Shown here piece after piece: positions 9,345 through 19,694 of a DNA stretch of 64,000 nt (position 1 is the stretch's first letter; each line of letters opens with the position of its first letter). The stretch covers positions 17,624 to 81,623 of the IMG/VR virus record IMGVR_UViG_3300032236_001478. One strand, given 5' to 3'. The notes beneath the pieces were generated by a model. The model was given only the letters and a program-made list of their open reading frames with translations, was not told the origin of the DNA and did no database searches. This DNA comes from a virus. Made by a program: the position numbers and the translations under genes.

Positions 9345-10070
9345 TTACCAAGCTTTACAACTCCAATATCTTGCTTTCCAACGTGGTCCCGGATTTTCAC
9401 AATGATGTCTTGCTCTAAACGATTTACGATGAGATGGTATGTTTTTTTTAATTCTCATGTTAGGATCACCAAAATTAACCTTAACAACATTACCTTTATC
9501 ATTTTTAACATAAACAGAACGTTTTTTAGGCCCATTAGGGGTTAAAAATGGTTTACCAAGTTGAACTTTACGTCCTTGGTATTCAGCTTCATTTAATATA
9601 TCGTCAGCAATAAAATCTGTAGATTGAACTATACCAAATTCATCTTCTTCGATAATTGTACTTTCGTCAATTGGAACACAGTTAGGAACTTGTTTACCGT
9701 CTTTTTCTTTTGTTCCGTATGCTCTATAACCTTTCCAACAAGGATTTTTCATTTTCTTTTTACCTTCGTTCATACTGAATTGATTCATATCCGCAGATAC
9801 TGGTTCTTCATCAGCTTGATGACCTTTGGTTTCATTCATAATAAAATCAAATACTTGATCCATTAATGATTTAGCTTCGGTCATATGATCGTCAGCCCAA
9901 TCATGTCCTTGACTTAAAAGTTGGTCAATTGTTGATGGATCAATTTGTCTAAGCAATTTACATTGTCTTTCTATTTGATCTAAATTCTGGAAGAACATAT
10001 AGTTTTCTTCCATTTTTTCATTTTCAATTAATCTTTTAAGTTGTGATTCGGTTAAAATTATCTTTTGCAT
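9345..10070 (-). CDS. Modular late protein with CWKGY..PNCVP and ..FRARHxC..ARYWSCxxW modules; putative internal head protein
   Basis: Short modules of a type seen in T4-like phage hypotheticals. N-terminus KIILTESQLKRLIE. Late motif at 10075-10082. Confidence 0.7.
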   Translation of the reverse strand: MQKIILTESQLKRLIENEKMEENYMFFQNLDQIERQCKLLRQIDPSTIDQLLSQGHDWADDHMTEAKSLMDQVFDFIMNETKGHQADEEPVSADMNQFSMNEGKKKMKNPCWKGYRAYGTKEKDGKQVPNCVPIDESTIIEEDEFGIVQSTDFIADDILNEAEYQGRKVQLGKPFLTPNGPKKRSVYVKNDKGNVVKVNFGDPNMRIKKNIPSHRKSFRARHHCENPGPRWKARYWSCKAW

Positions 10071-10082
10071 AATCTATAAATA

Positions 10083-11480
10083 TTACTTTTCAGATACAAT
10101 TTCAAATTTGATTGTATCTTTATACATTATTTCTTCATTATTAACTATAGCTTTAAATTCTAGATAGTATTCTCTAGGTATTAAATAAGTTGTGTCTATC
10201 ATGAATGAATTTTCATTAGATTTATCCATTAATGTCCATTCATGAATTGGTACTTGAATATGTCCACCTTCGTCAACCCAAATTCTATAAAAAACATTGT
10301 CTAATAATACTGTTCTAGGGTTGTTAATATCTCTAAATGAAACAACTACTTTTCTTTTTTCACCACTTTGTAATTTTTCATTTAATCTTAAACCATAATA
10401 CTGAACAGCATATCTAGTAAATTGAGTTTCATTACCACCAATCTTTATTTGATTTGTAATTGGGTATGGAACAAATTTTTGAGAAACATCTGCTAATGCA
10501 ACTTGATTTATTTGTAAGTTTTTCCATTTATCATAATAAAATCTTTTACCGTCACAAGTTACGTTCTCAATACCAAAAGTCACTTTATATACACCACATC
10601 TAACATGTGTTACATCTAAATTACTTAATCCGCTAATTACGTTACCATTAGAATCTGTAATATCAACTACAGGCATTAAATCTAAGTTAATGCAATTTGT
10701 ACCTTGAGAAACATATAAGTATAAATTTTGCTCTAGTTGTTCAACAAAATTATCTCTGTTATCCATGATTGTATCGTCAAAATAAGACTCTACATAAGGC
10801 TCAAAGAATGTTTGGGTATATTTGGTAAAGAATGCTACAGATTGGTCTACATCAGGAGATAATTGAGAATATACCACAGCAAATGCTAGCCCTAATCCTT
10901 GGTCTGTCGCACCAGAAACTAATATGCTATTTACATAATCAGTTATATCAAAATCAATATTCTCAAATCCATTATCAAAATGGATTACACTTCCTGAAGT
11001 GCCGGCAACAATAGTAGGTGAATCATTGTAAACACCTACTGTGGACCATTGATCTAAAGTATTTCTGTAAAACCAGTTAGAAGGTCTTTCGTCATATGTT
11101 TTGTTACCAGAAACAAAGTCATAGCTTTCATTTTGATAATCAAAACCAATACCTTCATCCCAATATTCATCTTCTGGTATTTGGAAAAGAATTAAATCAA
11201 AAGAAGTTGCTCTGTCTCTACCAGTTGTTCTATTTTCACCCTTTAATCCCTCGTCACCAAAAATTGTATTTGTAAGGTGTAAAGTGTGTTTTGTATTAGA
11301 ATCAACAATTACTTCGTTGTTGTCAACTCTTCTTTTTAATTCAGTAAAATCTACTTTAAATAAAAATTTTGAGAATCCTGAGCCATAAAATATCTCAGTT
11401 GTTGGATTTTTTGCAGTGTTAACCTGCATATCCTTAATAATTGTGTTGTTTTTCTCAAAATATGAACGGAAATACGACAT
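10083..11480 (-). CDS. Putative virion structural protein (beta-rich)
   Basis: 465-aa ORF with late motif at 11491-11498; aromatic, beta-type composition. Confidence 0.65.
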   Translation of the reverse strand: MSYFRSYFEKNNTIIKDMQVNTAKNPTTEIFYGSGFSKFLFKVDFTELKRRVDNNEVIVDSNTKHTLHLTNTIFGDEGLKGENRTTGRDRATSFDLILFQIPEDEYWDEGIGFDYQNESYDFVSGNKTYDERPSNWFYRNTLDQWSTVGVYNDSPTIVAGTSGSVIHFDNGFENIDFDITDYVNSILVSGATDQGLGLAFAVVYSQLSPDVDQSVAFFTKYTQTFFEPYVESYFDDTIMDNRDNFVEQLEQNLYLYVSQGTNCINLDLMPVVDITDSNGNVISGLSNLDVTHVRCGVYKVTFGIENVTCDGKRFYYDKWKNLQINQVALADVSQKFVPYPITNQIKIGGNETQFTRYAVQYYGLRLNEKLQSGEKRKVVVSFRDINNPRTVLLDNVFYRIWVDEGGHIQVPIHEWTLMDKSNENSFMIDTTYLIPREYYLEFKAIVNNEEIMYKDTIKFEIVSEK

Positions 11481-11503
11481 TTCTTTTTATTATAAATATC
11501 CAA

Positions 11504-13039
11504 TTAGTTGATTCTAATTGAATTGTTCAATAAGTCATTTTCCAGGGTATTGATTTGATTCTGTAATCTTATAAAATTAGGATCTTCCTTAACAAGAGGA
11601 TCAGTAAGATTATGCTGATGACTTTCGAATAAATCCATCATAGCTTTCAATACGTCCACTAATACTTCACCTCTAACTAAAGCATAGGTATTTGGTTCAA
11701 TATCTTGTATATAGTTTTCTTGGGTTGGTTCATAATTGTCAACTTTCTTGAAATCAATTATCTTCTCAAATTCATTGGTATCAGTTGAAACAAAATAAAT
11801 CCTATCTGATTTTAATGCTGCAAAAGTTTGTTCTTGATTTACATCACTTTTAACAAGTGCTTTTTGTATTTCTTTTTTTGTTGTTATTGGTGGTTTAGCA
11901 CTATAACTAGAATAAATTAAACCGCTTTTAACATAATTGAAAATTGAGACATTTTGGAATATTAAAACTCTATTATTAGTTTCAGTCGGGCCTAAATTTC
12001 TATTTTGACATTCATCGGTAGGTCTAAAATAAAATGGGTGCATATCAGTTTCCTTATATGTGTTAGCGACTCTATTTAAACCATATTTGTGTAGTAAATT
12101 AATAGTGTTTCTGATTGTCACATAACATTGTATGTTACCAGAAGCACCAGTAATTGTAAATGTTGGCGTAGTGGTATCGTTATTATTCTTTAAGAAATAA
12201 TTATTTGGATTTAATAGAATACATTTTTCGTTTATTGCTGAATCACCTAATTTAACATTTTCAATTCTGAAATCTGTTCCAGCATTTTCTGTATTGTACA
12301 CGAAAAAGTTAATGTTCTGTGTATCACCAGTAAAATTATCAATTGAATATTCTATCATATATTTTACTTGACCAGTAGCCCCAGATGTGCTTTCAACAAC
12401 AATATCTTGATATTCTAAAACATGTGGAAATTTCTTAAGGTGTAGTGTTGCAGTTCTATCGGCCATTATTGGCTTAGAAGCTAACGCTACTTTCTGTTCA
12501 TCATTAGCAAAATCTTTACTAATTAATTTACCACCTCTTAAATTGATACCATTTTCAGTAAACACGACATCTGATCCAGATCTACCATAAATTGCATAAT
12601 CGGTTGGTTTTGCTAATGAATTTTTAGTTCTATCATCATAATAGTAACCCTTTCTGGTTCCTTCATTGATAAACATTTTAGGTCCGAAATCATTAGACAT
12701 CCCATAAGTTGTATGAGTAAGTTGGTTACCAAAAAATTGACCGTTTTTTGTGAAATCATGTGTAGTTGTAAATGGCCCAGGAATATAAAAAACGTTAACC
12801 CTGTCTTTATCAGTATCAAATTGTAATATCATTACAGATTGACCCGAATATGGGATTGGATTTATTTGATAAGGTAAAAGTGGACTAGCAACAAATTTAT
12901 CATCTCTTGACCATTCAACATAGTTGTCTTTGGCTTTTTCAACCTCACCAGTTAATTCATTATATGTTGAATAACGAATTCTACCAATTCCTAATGGGTC
13001 TATATTATCTCTTACAATACCAACGTCAATTATTTTCAT
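11504..13039 (-). CDS. Baseplate central spike (gp5/gpV-like OB fold, HxH tip)
   Basis: N-terminal GIVRDNIDPLGIGRIR and P..GQSVMI fit the gp5 OB fold. C-terminal ALVRGEVL...FESHQH metal-tip motif. No lysozyme domain recognised. Confidence 0.75.
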   Translation of the reverse strand: MKIIDVGIVRDNIDPLGIGRIRYSTYNELTGEVEKAKDNYVEWSRDDKFVASPLLPYQINPIPYSGQSVMILQFDTDKDRVNVFYIPGPFTTTHDFTKNGQFFGNQLTHTTYGMSNDFGPKMFINEGTRKGYYYDDRTKNSLAKPTDYAIYGRSGSDVVFTENGINLRGGKLISKDFANDEQKVALASKPIMADRTATLHLKKFPHVLEYQDIVVESTSGATGQVKYMIEYSIDNFTGDTQNINFFVYNTENAGTDFRIENVKLGDSAINEKCILLNPNNYFLKNNNDTTTPTFTITGASGNIQCYVTIRNTINLLHKYGLNRVANTYKETDMHPFYFRPTDECQNRNLGPTETNNRVLIFQNVSIFNYVKSGLIYSSYSAKPPITTKKEIQKALVKSDVNQEQTFAALKSDRIYFVSTDTNEFEKIIDFKKVDNYEPTQENYIQDIEPNTYALVRGEVLVDVLKAMMDLFESHQHNLTDPLVKEDPNFIRLQNQINTLENDLLNNSIRIN

Positions 13040-13236
13040 TTGTTAATCCTTTTTTTAATCTCGTCGTTTACGTCATTATACATTTTTTCAATAGTATCTA
13101 AATGTCTAGTAAGACTTATAATTAAATCTTTTGTTTTGTTAAATTCGGTTTCTAATTGTTGGGAAACAACATATAAATCCTTATTGGATTTGTTTTCAAG
13201 GTTTTCCACTATTTCAACTAATTTTTCCTTTTCCAT
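13036..13236 (-). CDS. Small coiled-coil hypothetical protein
   Basis: 66 aa, translationally coupled (ATGA overlap) to the spike gene. Confidence 0.7.
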   Translation of the reverse strand: MEKEKLVEIVENLENKSNKDLYVVSQQLETEFNKTKDLIISLTRHLDTIEKMYNDVNDEIKKRINK

Positions 13237-13237
13237 T

Positions 13238-15121
13238 TTACAATTTAATTCCTGCTGTTTTTATTATACCAGGTGGTAAAATTAATGGTCCGGATAAACC
13301 TGGGATTGGTATTATTGCAGCTTGGTTACCACTTAATATTTTACTATTTTGGCTGTTCTCATCATCATGACCTTTAACTATAGAAGAAAATACGTGATTT
13401 AATTTATTAGTTGTACCATGAATTGGGGATGTATTAACACCCTTATTGTTAGCCATTTTAGTTATATTCATAATAGCTCTTGTTTGGCTATATCCGCTTC
13501 TATAATCAGCTAAGGATAATAAGAATCCAGGTATGTTCAAGCTAAAGCTAGCTGCCGATAATGCGGTTTGTATTGCGTTTGTGATCAATTTATAAAGTAC
13601 TTGACAGTTATCTAAATTTTGATCTAATATTTTTTTCAATATAGCAATTAAAGAAGCCACAATAGCATAGTATCTTTTATACTTCTCTTTCAATATACTT
13701 AATGCTGTAATTTTAAGAAAATCTAAAAGATCTTTTTTGATTCTAATCCAAAATTCATGTATAAATTTCCAATATAATTTTTTTACAATCTTAAAGAATA
13801 ATTTATATAATTTTTTTACAATATCTTTAACTTTCTCAGCACCACCATTAATCAATTTATATATTAAAACAATTGGTAATAACATTTTTGGTGATAGCAC
13901 GGCAGCGATCATTGCATATGGCATGTTTAAGTTGAAATTATTAAACACACTAGCATGAAAGTCTTCAGGTGTTAGTCCACTATCAGATGCATCATGTGCA
14001 TCATTCGCCATGTTTTCTAAGAAATCATTTACCTTATCTGCTAAATCATTATTTGGTAAATAAACAAAATCCTCTAAGTGTTTTGTTGGAATAGGGTACT
14101 CAAAATTATTACAATCAGCAAATTTCATGACTCTTCTAAATCTTCTAGATTCATCATCTAAATCAATACCTTCAACGTCATCAAAATTGAAATAAAATTC
14201 AACGTCTTCATCATTTTCCTCAAATTGAGGTTCGTTCTGATTTAGACCTGTTTTTTTTGGTGTACCACAGTTTGCGAAAATCTTTGATAATACTCTGTTT
14301 AATTCATTTAAACTAATATTAAATCTTTGTGAGTTATCATCACCCATACTAAGTAACAATATAGCCATTCTCATAACATCTGGCTTTTTTGGTACGTGTA
14401 TATTAGAAAAGAAATTTTTAAGAAAGCTCCCAACAGTCATATTATTTCCGGTTAAACCAGAAAACCCATAACTTTGTGAATCTTCTTTCCAATAAACAGT
14501 AAATAATTCCTGATTTGGTGCAATCATGAAATGGTATGGTTGATGATTTGTAAATAAATCATGTAATTTTCTATTAATTTGTTGACCGACGTCTGTGATG
14601 TCTTCATATAAAACTTGACCCATTTTAGCTAATGGATCTATGGTTAGAACATTTAATAAATCAAAGTCACTTGGCAGTAACTCCATTGTATCAGATGGTA
14701 TCGGCGTTTCAGAACCACAAATACCATCCCCAGCAAAAAAAACATCTTGAGAAGCTTCTAATACAATTTGTTGTACTGATTTCATTGTGATGTCAACAGA
14801 CTCTTCAATAATTTGTTTAAGTCTATTTTTTACCGGTAATTTATATTTTGATGCTTGATATTTTTGAGATGTGCCTAGGAATGGCTCAACCATTTCACAC
14901 ACATCCTTAAACACATTTGATGCGTTTTCTTTTTTTCTTTTTAACTTAGATTTTAAGTCAGATAATTTTTTAGGATATTGACCTTGTTGAGATGGTAAAT
15001 CCTTGATCAAAGAATCTTTCAACGAATCATTATCTTGAAGATTCGGATCATCGTTTATACTGTGTATAACAGATATAGTTGAACGAATGTCTTGTTTTTG
15101 ATCTTGTATATTATTAGCCAT
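13238..15121 (-). CDS. Hypothetical protein, probably virion/baseplate associated
   Basis: 627 aa, in the late operon upstream of the spike. Confidence 0.7.
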   Translation of the reverse strand: MANNIQDQKQDIRSTISVIHSINDDPNLQDNDSLKDSLIKDLPSQQGQYPKKLSDLKSKLKRKKENASNVFKDVCEMVEPFLGTSQKYQASKYKLPVKNRLKQIIEESVDITMKSVQQIVLEASQDVFFAGDGICGSETPIPSDTMELLPSDFDLLNVLTIDPLAKMGQVLYEDITDVGQQINRKLHDLFTNHQPYHFMIAPNQELFTVYWKEDSQSYGFSGLTGNNMTVGSFLKNFFSNIHVPKKPDVMRMAILLLSMGDDNSQRFNISLNELNRVLSKIFANCGTPKKTGLNQNEPQFEENDEDVEFYFNFDDVEGIDLDDESRRFRRVMKFADCNNFEYPIPTKHLEDFVYLPNNDLADKVNDFLENMANDAHDASDSGLTPEDFHASVFNNFNLNMPYAMIAAVLSPKMLLPIVLIYKLINGGAEKVKDIVKKLYKLFFKIVKKLYWKFIHEFWIRIKKDLLDFLKITALSILKEKYKRYYAIVASLIAILKKILDQNLDNCQVLYKLITNAIQTALSAASFSLNIPGFLLSLADYRSGYSQTRAIMNITKMANNKGVNTSPIHGTTNKLNHVFSSIVKGHDDENSQNSKILSGNQAAIIPIPGLSGPLILPPGIIKTAGIKL

Positions 15122-15492
15122 TACAATTCGTAAGTACTTGATTTATTATCATCAATGTCACCCATCATTTTTTCAAGGATGGCTCTGTCTTCATCAGATA
15201 ACTCTAATTTACCAGCTGGTCCACCTTTTGGTCCTGACATTTGTTTAAGTAAAACACTTTGTAATTTAACTAACGAGATTTTCTTCTCGGTACAGTCGTT
15301 TAATATTTTTTGTTGTTCTTTGATTACAGGACCAATCGTACTCATATCTTCAGCGTCTTTCATGAAAGACATCATTTTACGAAGAATGGTAGATGCGGTA
15401 TTTCTGTTTTCAACCACATCATTATAGATTTCCTGCATTAAAGCTAAAGCTGATTCAACATTTAAGCTTATATTACTTCTAGGTGTTCTCAT
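15121..15492 (-). CDS. Helical hypothetical protein (possibly terminase small subunit-like)
   Basis: Two long amphipathic helices plus a tail; late motif TATTTATT at 15497-15504. The TerS call is a guess. Confidence 0.5.
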   Translation of the reverse strand: MRTPRSNISLNVESALALMQEIYNDVVENRNTASTILRKMMSFMKDAEDMSTIGPVIKEQQKILNDCTEKKISLVKLQSVLLKQMSGPKGGPAGKLELSDEDRAILEKMMGDIDDNKSSTYEL

Positions 15493-15507
15493 ACTAAATA
15501 AATAGAT

Positions 15508-16206
15508 TTAATCTAAAAACCCAGCAATTATACCTTCGTATATCTTCTTAAATCTTTTTAGCGAAATTCTTATTTCTTTGGTTGATAAAGAAGTCATTTC
15601 TCTTAGTGATAGTAAAATAAGGTTCTTATTGAATTTATTACCCTCACCAACCTGAAAAATCTTATCGAAATTACTAAAGATCTCTAAAAGGGCGTAACCT
15701 AGTTTAGTCTCATTTTCGTTTAGATTTTCATTCTCAATGAAGTCTTCTAGAGATATCGTCAGTTTAATAATAACGTCTCGATAGTCGATAATATATTCAT
15801 CTATAACATAAGACAAATCAGATCTTTCTTCAATATCAGATGAGATGTCATCATAAGAAACACTACGATTTTGTTCTTTAGTGTCTTTCTGTATGGCACC
15901 CATAAGGTAATTCTTACAAATTGTACCAAAATAAGAATATGCTTTGTGATTTGCAGTTGGGTCAAATTTGTTTATTTTTGTTATAAGAAATGACATGGTA
16001 TCGGTATGAATTTCCTCAAATTCCATGTCTTTCCTATAAAGCTTGTAACGGCGGATAATACTTTCCACCATAATAATCAGGGGTTCTCTTAAATATTCAT
16101 TGAATATCTTGTTACGTTCATCATCGGATTCGGATTGGAGATATCGTACAACCGCTTGTTCTTGATCCTCCCCAAAATATATTTTTTGGGTTCGTTTTCT
16201 TGGCAT
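15508..16206 (-). CDS. Late-transcription sigma factor (T4 gp55-like)
   Basis: Region-2-like KINKFDPTANHKAYSYFGTICKNYL corresponds to gp55 FDP..S.NPFAYFTQI. N-terminal KIYF motif. Confidence 0.8.
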   Translation of the reverse strand: MPRKRTQKIYFGEDQEQAVVRYLQSESDDERNKIFNEYLREPLIIMVESIIRRYKLYRKDMEFEEIHTDTMSFLITKINKFDPTANHKAYSYFGTICKNYLMGAIQKDTKEQNRSVSYDDISSDIEERSDLSYVIDEYIIDYRDVIIKLTISLEDFIENENLNENETKLGYALLEIFSNFDKIFQVGEGNKFNKNLILLSLREMTSLSTKEIRISLKRFKKIYEGIIAGFLD

Positions 16207-16992
16207 TTAGGCTTCTACATAATTAATATCTCGTTTATTCTTAAAGAAAAATTCTTTCTTTGCTGCATCCAACCAGAACTTAACTTCATCTTCAGAAAGT
16301 TTGCTAGACTCTTCATTTTTATAATTCCAAAACAATGAATCCTCTCTTAAATTTGTATGCTCATAACCAACTTTAGGTACTGTCATCACAACAACCCCAT
16401 TGTTTGTCATTCTTAATAAGAATTCATAGCCAAAAGTTAATTTGATATTATCCTTAAATCCGCCATTATCTAAAATAACTTTTGTTTTATAAAGACCGCC
16501 ACTAATTTGATAGTTTTGATAATCTAATAAAACTTCATTATCTAAAAATCCTTGTCTATCTGTAAATCCATATGCCCATACAGATTCGTTCATTAAACTA
16601 ATAAAACTACCTTCTGAATTAATGTCTCTAACAATAGGTAAGAAAATACTTACATCAGGATAGATTTTTACGTATTCACTTATTGACTTAAACCAAACTG
16701 GTTTATATACGTCATCAATTTCTAAAATGCTAAACCATTCAGTATCACAATTTTGTGCTCCTCTATTGATTTGAGAACAAAAATCAGTTTCGCCTGTGTG
16801 TACGTTATATGCAATTTCTAAATCACTACCTAAATCAATCTTATCAATTTCGGTTTTCACACTTGATGGACAAACTATTAATAATTTCACATCACTAGCA
16901 AAATCTTTTACAGAGTCTACCGCTTTTATTAGTAATTTACTATAATCATCGTTCATTTTATGAACGGGTAAAATAATTGTTATATTTTTCAT
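16207..16992 (-). CDS. Glycosyltransferase, GT-A/GT2 family
   Basis: ITIILPVH start, QINRGAQNCDTEWFSILEIDD (ExDD in place of DxDD), GGF..., YEFLLR. Confidence 0.8.
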   Translation of the reverse strand: MKNITIILPVHKMNDDYSKLLIKAVDSVKDFASDVKLLIVCPSSVKTEIDKIDLGSDLEIAYNVHTGETDFCSQINRGAQNCDTEWFSILEIDDVYKPVWFKSISEYVKIYPDVSIFLPIVRDINSEGSFISLMNESVWAYGFTDRQGFLDNEVLLDYQNYQISGGLYKTKVILDNGGFKDNIKLTFGYEFLLRMTNNGVVVMTVPKVGYEHTNLREDSLFWNYKNEESSKLSEDEVKFWLDAAKKEFFFKNKRDINYVEA

Positions 16993-18050
16993 TATGCTGG
17001 GTCTTCTTGTTTTAATTTACTTAATGCAATTTCTAACGTTTCAGTTCTTTTAGTTTCTAAAGAATCAAAAATTGAGATTATATTATTTTTTGTTGTTTCA
17101 GCATCATAAGGTAATAAAGTTTCTTTCATTTTTTCTTTAACTTCTTCACTTAATTCAATACCATCAATCCAAGCTAAAACAAATGTTCCGATTAAATCTG
17201 TTAACTTATTAATGTCTTCAGTCCAAATACCATTTTCGCCAATCCATTCTGGTTCAACATCCGGTACTTTACCAATAACAGGTACGCCACATTTCATTGA
17301 TTCTAATGGGAATGTTCCAAATGTAGATTCATTATCAACCCAAACTGATACCATACACTCTTTTAGATTTGTTGCGAAATCATCATATGTCATATTGATC
17401 ATATCTCTAAAAGTGATCCATCTTAATTGTGGATATTTCAAGTAAAATTCAGAAATAACTCTTCTATGGATATTTCTATCTCTACAATGAATTGCTACGT
17501 AAGGTTTTTTTGGTAAATCTAATGGACTAAAAATTTCATCAATGATTGGTGGAATTACAAACACTAAAGATTCTGGAAATACATCTAAGATATATTTTTT
17601 AGTTTCATTTGTTGTTGTGATTGCACGATCAAAACCAAAATCACTCCATCTGCTACCTACTGGTAAATTCTCAAATATGTAATCCTTTTGTTGAACTAAC
17701 ATTACTTTGATACATTTAATGCTTGATAATTGTTGTAATGCATTAGAATAATATTCTGGAACTACAATAACATCATCAATATTAATACTAACTTTATCAT
17801 CTTTAATTGTTACAATTGGAAGGTCTTTATACTTTTCACCTAACCATGTCTCAACTCCAGTGTAGTTTTTATCTTCTACTAAAATTTTAGCATTAGTGCC
17901 GTTTTGTTTTAATGTTATCGCCATATCGTAAATGTGTTTTACGGAGGCTCTTGGACTTGTTTTCGTGTCGTATGTTAAAAAATATACAACATTCTCATTT
18001 GTTTTCAATCTGTCAATTGCAGATTGTAAGTTTTCTATGTTATTATTCAT
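16992..18050 (-). CDS. Glycosyltransferase, GT-B/GT4-like
   Basis: DVIVVPE and C-terminal ESTFGTFPLESMKCGVPVIG. Start at 18050 overlaps the upstream stop (ATGAATAA). Confidence 0.75.
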   Translation of the reverse strand: MNNNIENLQSAIDRLKTNENVVYFLTYDTKTSPRASVKHIYDMAITLKQNGTNAKILVEDKNYTGVETWLGEKYKDLPIVTIKDDKVSINIDDVIVVPEYYSNALQQLSSIKCIKVMLVQQKDYIFENLPVGSRWSDFGFDRAITTTNETKKYILDVFPESLVFVIPPIIDEIFSPLDLPKKPYVAIHCRDRNIHRRVISEFYLKYPQLRWITFRDMINMTYDDFATNLKECMVSVWVDNESTFGTFPLESMKCGVPVIGKVPDVEPEWIGENGIWTEDINKLTDLIGTFVLAWIDGIELSEEVKEKMKETLLPYDAETTKNNIISIFDSLETKRTETLEIALSKLKQEDPA

Positions 18051-18330
18051 CGTCATCTTCTTCTATTAAAATATTATGTTTTATTAATGTGTTGAATGCA
18101 ATTTTAAATGCAATGCTTGTACCTTTTTGTGTGAATGCACTAATTTCTTCATCTATTTCTTCAGCTTCTGATAAAACGGTACCTAAACACATTTTAACAA
18201 CTTCATACTTAAAGATATTGACTTCTAAAGTGTCATTACCATCTTCATCTTTTATGGTGTCTCCTGTTTTGCATCGTTCAGTAATTGATTCGAGTTCGAT
18301 GTAGTATTGTTTTCCGAATAATTCGAGCAT
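18043..18330 (-). CDS. Hypothetical protein
   Basis: 95-aa ORF within the operon. Confidence 0.7.
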   Translation of the reverse strand: MLELFGKQYYIELESITERCKTGDTIKDEDGNDTLEVNIFKYEVVKMCLGTVLSEAEEIDEEISAFTQKGTSIAFKIAFNTLIKHNILIEEDDDE

Positions 18331-18899
18331 AATTCTTTTATTTCTGTTAATTTAGTTATTTCTAAACTATTTGTAAAGTATTGATTATAAACAGTGTTGA
18401 ATTTGTATACAATTTTATTTTCTGGACAAGATTTAACAACGTCATGATTATCTGTAATCCACATATCGCATTTAGTCCACAATTCATCAATGTCAGATGA
18501 ATTTGCGAATTTTATATTGTTTCCTAAGAAACCATTTTTTGATAAGAAAAATAAAGTTGCTGGTTTAGCCTTACCTAATTCATCTAAACCAATTAATGTA
18601 ATATTGTGATCTTTATTATTGTAAATAATATTATTAAGATCACTGAATGTTGTTGAATAACTTAATCCAGCATGACCAAAGATTTCAATTGGGTATTCGA
18701 TAAATAAAAAATACTCAAATTCTTCTCTAGACTGAAATTTATATGAGGCAAATAAATTATTATTTTCAATAGGTTCTGTAATACCGTACTCAAAAGAATC
18801 GTCTTCTAATTCAGAATCAAAAAAAGCATCTTTGTAATGATAATCTAATTTTTGTATTGTGTTTCTTATAACACCATCTATACTAATGAATATTTCCAT
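18252..18899 (-). CDS. HAD-fold 5'(3')-deoxyribonucleotidase-like protein with degenerate motif I
   Basis: MEIFISIDGVIRN (cf. DxDGV), T..FL..NG and MWITDN (cf. LIDD). Start 18899 sits just after a host-type promoter. Confidence 0.6.
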   Translation of the reverse strand: MEIFISIDGVIRNTIQKLDYHYKDAFFDSELEDDSFEYGITEPIENNNLFASYKFQSREEFEYFLFIEYPIEIFGHAGLSYSTTFSDLNNIIYNNKDHNITLIGLDELGKAKPATLFFLSKNGFLGNNIKFANSSDIDELWTKCDMWITDNHDVVKSCPENKIVYKFNTVYNQYFTNSLEITKLTEIKELCSNYSENNTTSNSNQLLNDAKQETP

Positions 18900-18903
18900 A
18901 ATA

Positions 18904-18934
18904 GAAATATACACTGACAAAGATCAGAAGTAAA
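18904..18934 (-). promoter_or_regulatory. Host-type promoter for the HAD/GT/sigma operon
   Basis: TTTA-N19-TATATTTC, 4 nt before the ATG at 18899. Confidence 0.55.
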
Positions 18935-18936
18935 CA

Positions 18937-19650
18937 CTAATCGTATCTTTGTAAGATTTCTCCAATGATTGGATTTCTTACAATATCTTGATTACCAAAC
19001 TCAAATACACCAATACCTTTAACGCCTTCTAATCTTTTCTTAGCATCGTATAAACCAGATTTAGTTTTGTCCTTAAATTTATCAGATTGTTCTAAGTCTC
19101 CAGATAAGAAAAATTTAGAGTTAAATCCAATACGAGTTAACAATAATTTAATCTGAGCAGGCGTCGCATTTTGCGCTTCCTCGAAAACTAAAATGGTATT
19201 ATCTACGTTCCAACCACGCATGTAAGCTAGTGCTGCAACTTCAATATAACCTTGGTCTTTCAATGTTTCACGAGCCTCTTTACCAATGATTTTATTTAAT
19301 AGATAATATGATGGATAAATGTATGGATCTAATTTCTCTTCTAAACCACCAGGAAGTGATCCTAATTTCTCTTCTGCTTCAACAGCTGGTCTAACAATAA
19401 TAATCTTTTCATACTTGTTAGAATCGTCGTATAATAGGTCTACAGCACGTTTCATCGCGATATATGACTTACCAACACCTGCTGGTCCGAAACACAATGT
19501 GATTTGATTTTCCCCGAGTATTTTCCAATACTCCTCTTGGTTTTTAGTCAGGAACTTTTCTTTAGGACGTTTGATGATTTGTCTGATCCTGTCTTTATGT
19601 GATGTTTTTTTCTCTTCTACTTGAACGGTTGCTTTTTGTTTACTTGGCAA
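18937..19650 (-). CDS. phoH: PhoH-like ATPase
   Basis: GPAGVGKS, IVRPAVEAEEKLGSLPG, AYMRG, FEEAQN, LLTRIG, GDLEQSD, DIVRNP. TTG start; late motif at 19683-19690. Confidence 0.95.
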   Translation of the reverse strand: MPSKQKATVQVEEKKTSHKDRIRQIIKRPKEKFLTKNQEEYWKILGENQITLCFGPAGVGKSYIAMKRAVDLLYDDSNKYEKIIIVRPAVEAEEKLGSLPGGLEEKLDPYIYPSYYLLNKIIGKEARETLKDQGYIEVAALAYMRGWNVDNTILVFEEAQNATPAQIKLLLTRIGFNSKFFLSGDLEQSDKFKDKTKSGLYDAKKRLEGVKGIGVFEFGNQDIVRNPIIGEILQRYD

Positions 19651-19694
19651 AATTTTAGCTTTTAATGTGTCCGTTTATTTTCTATAAATATGTC

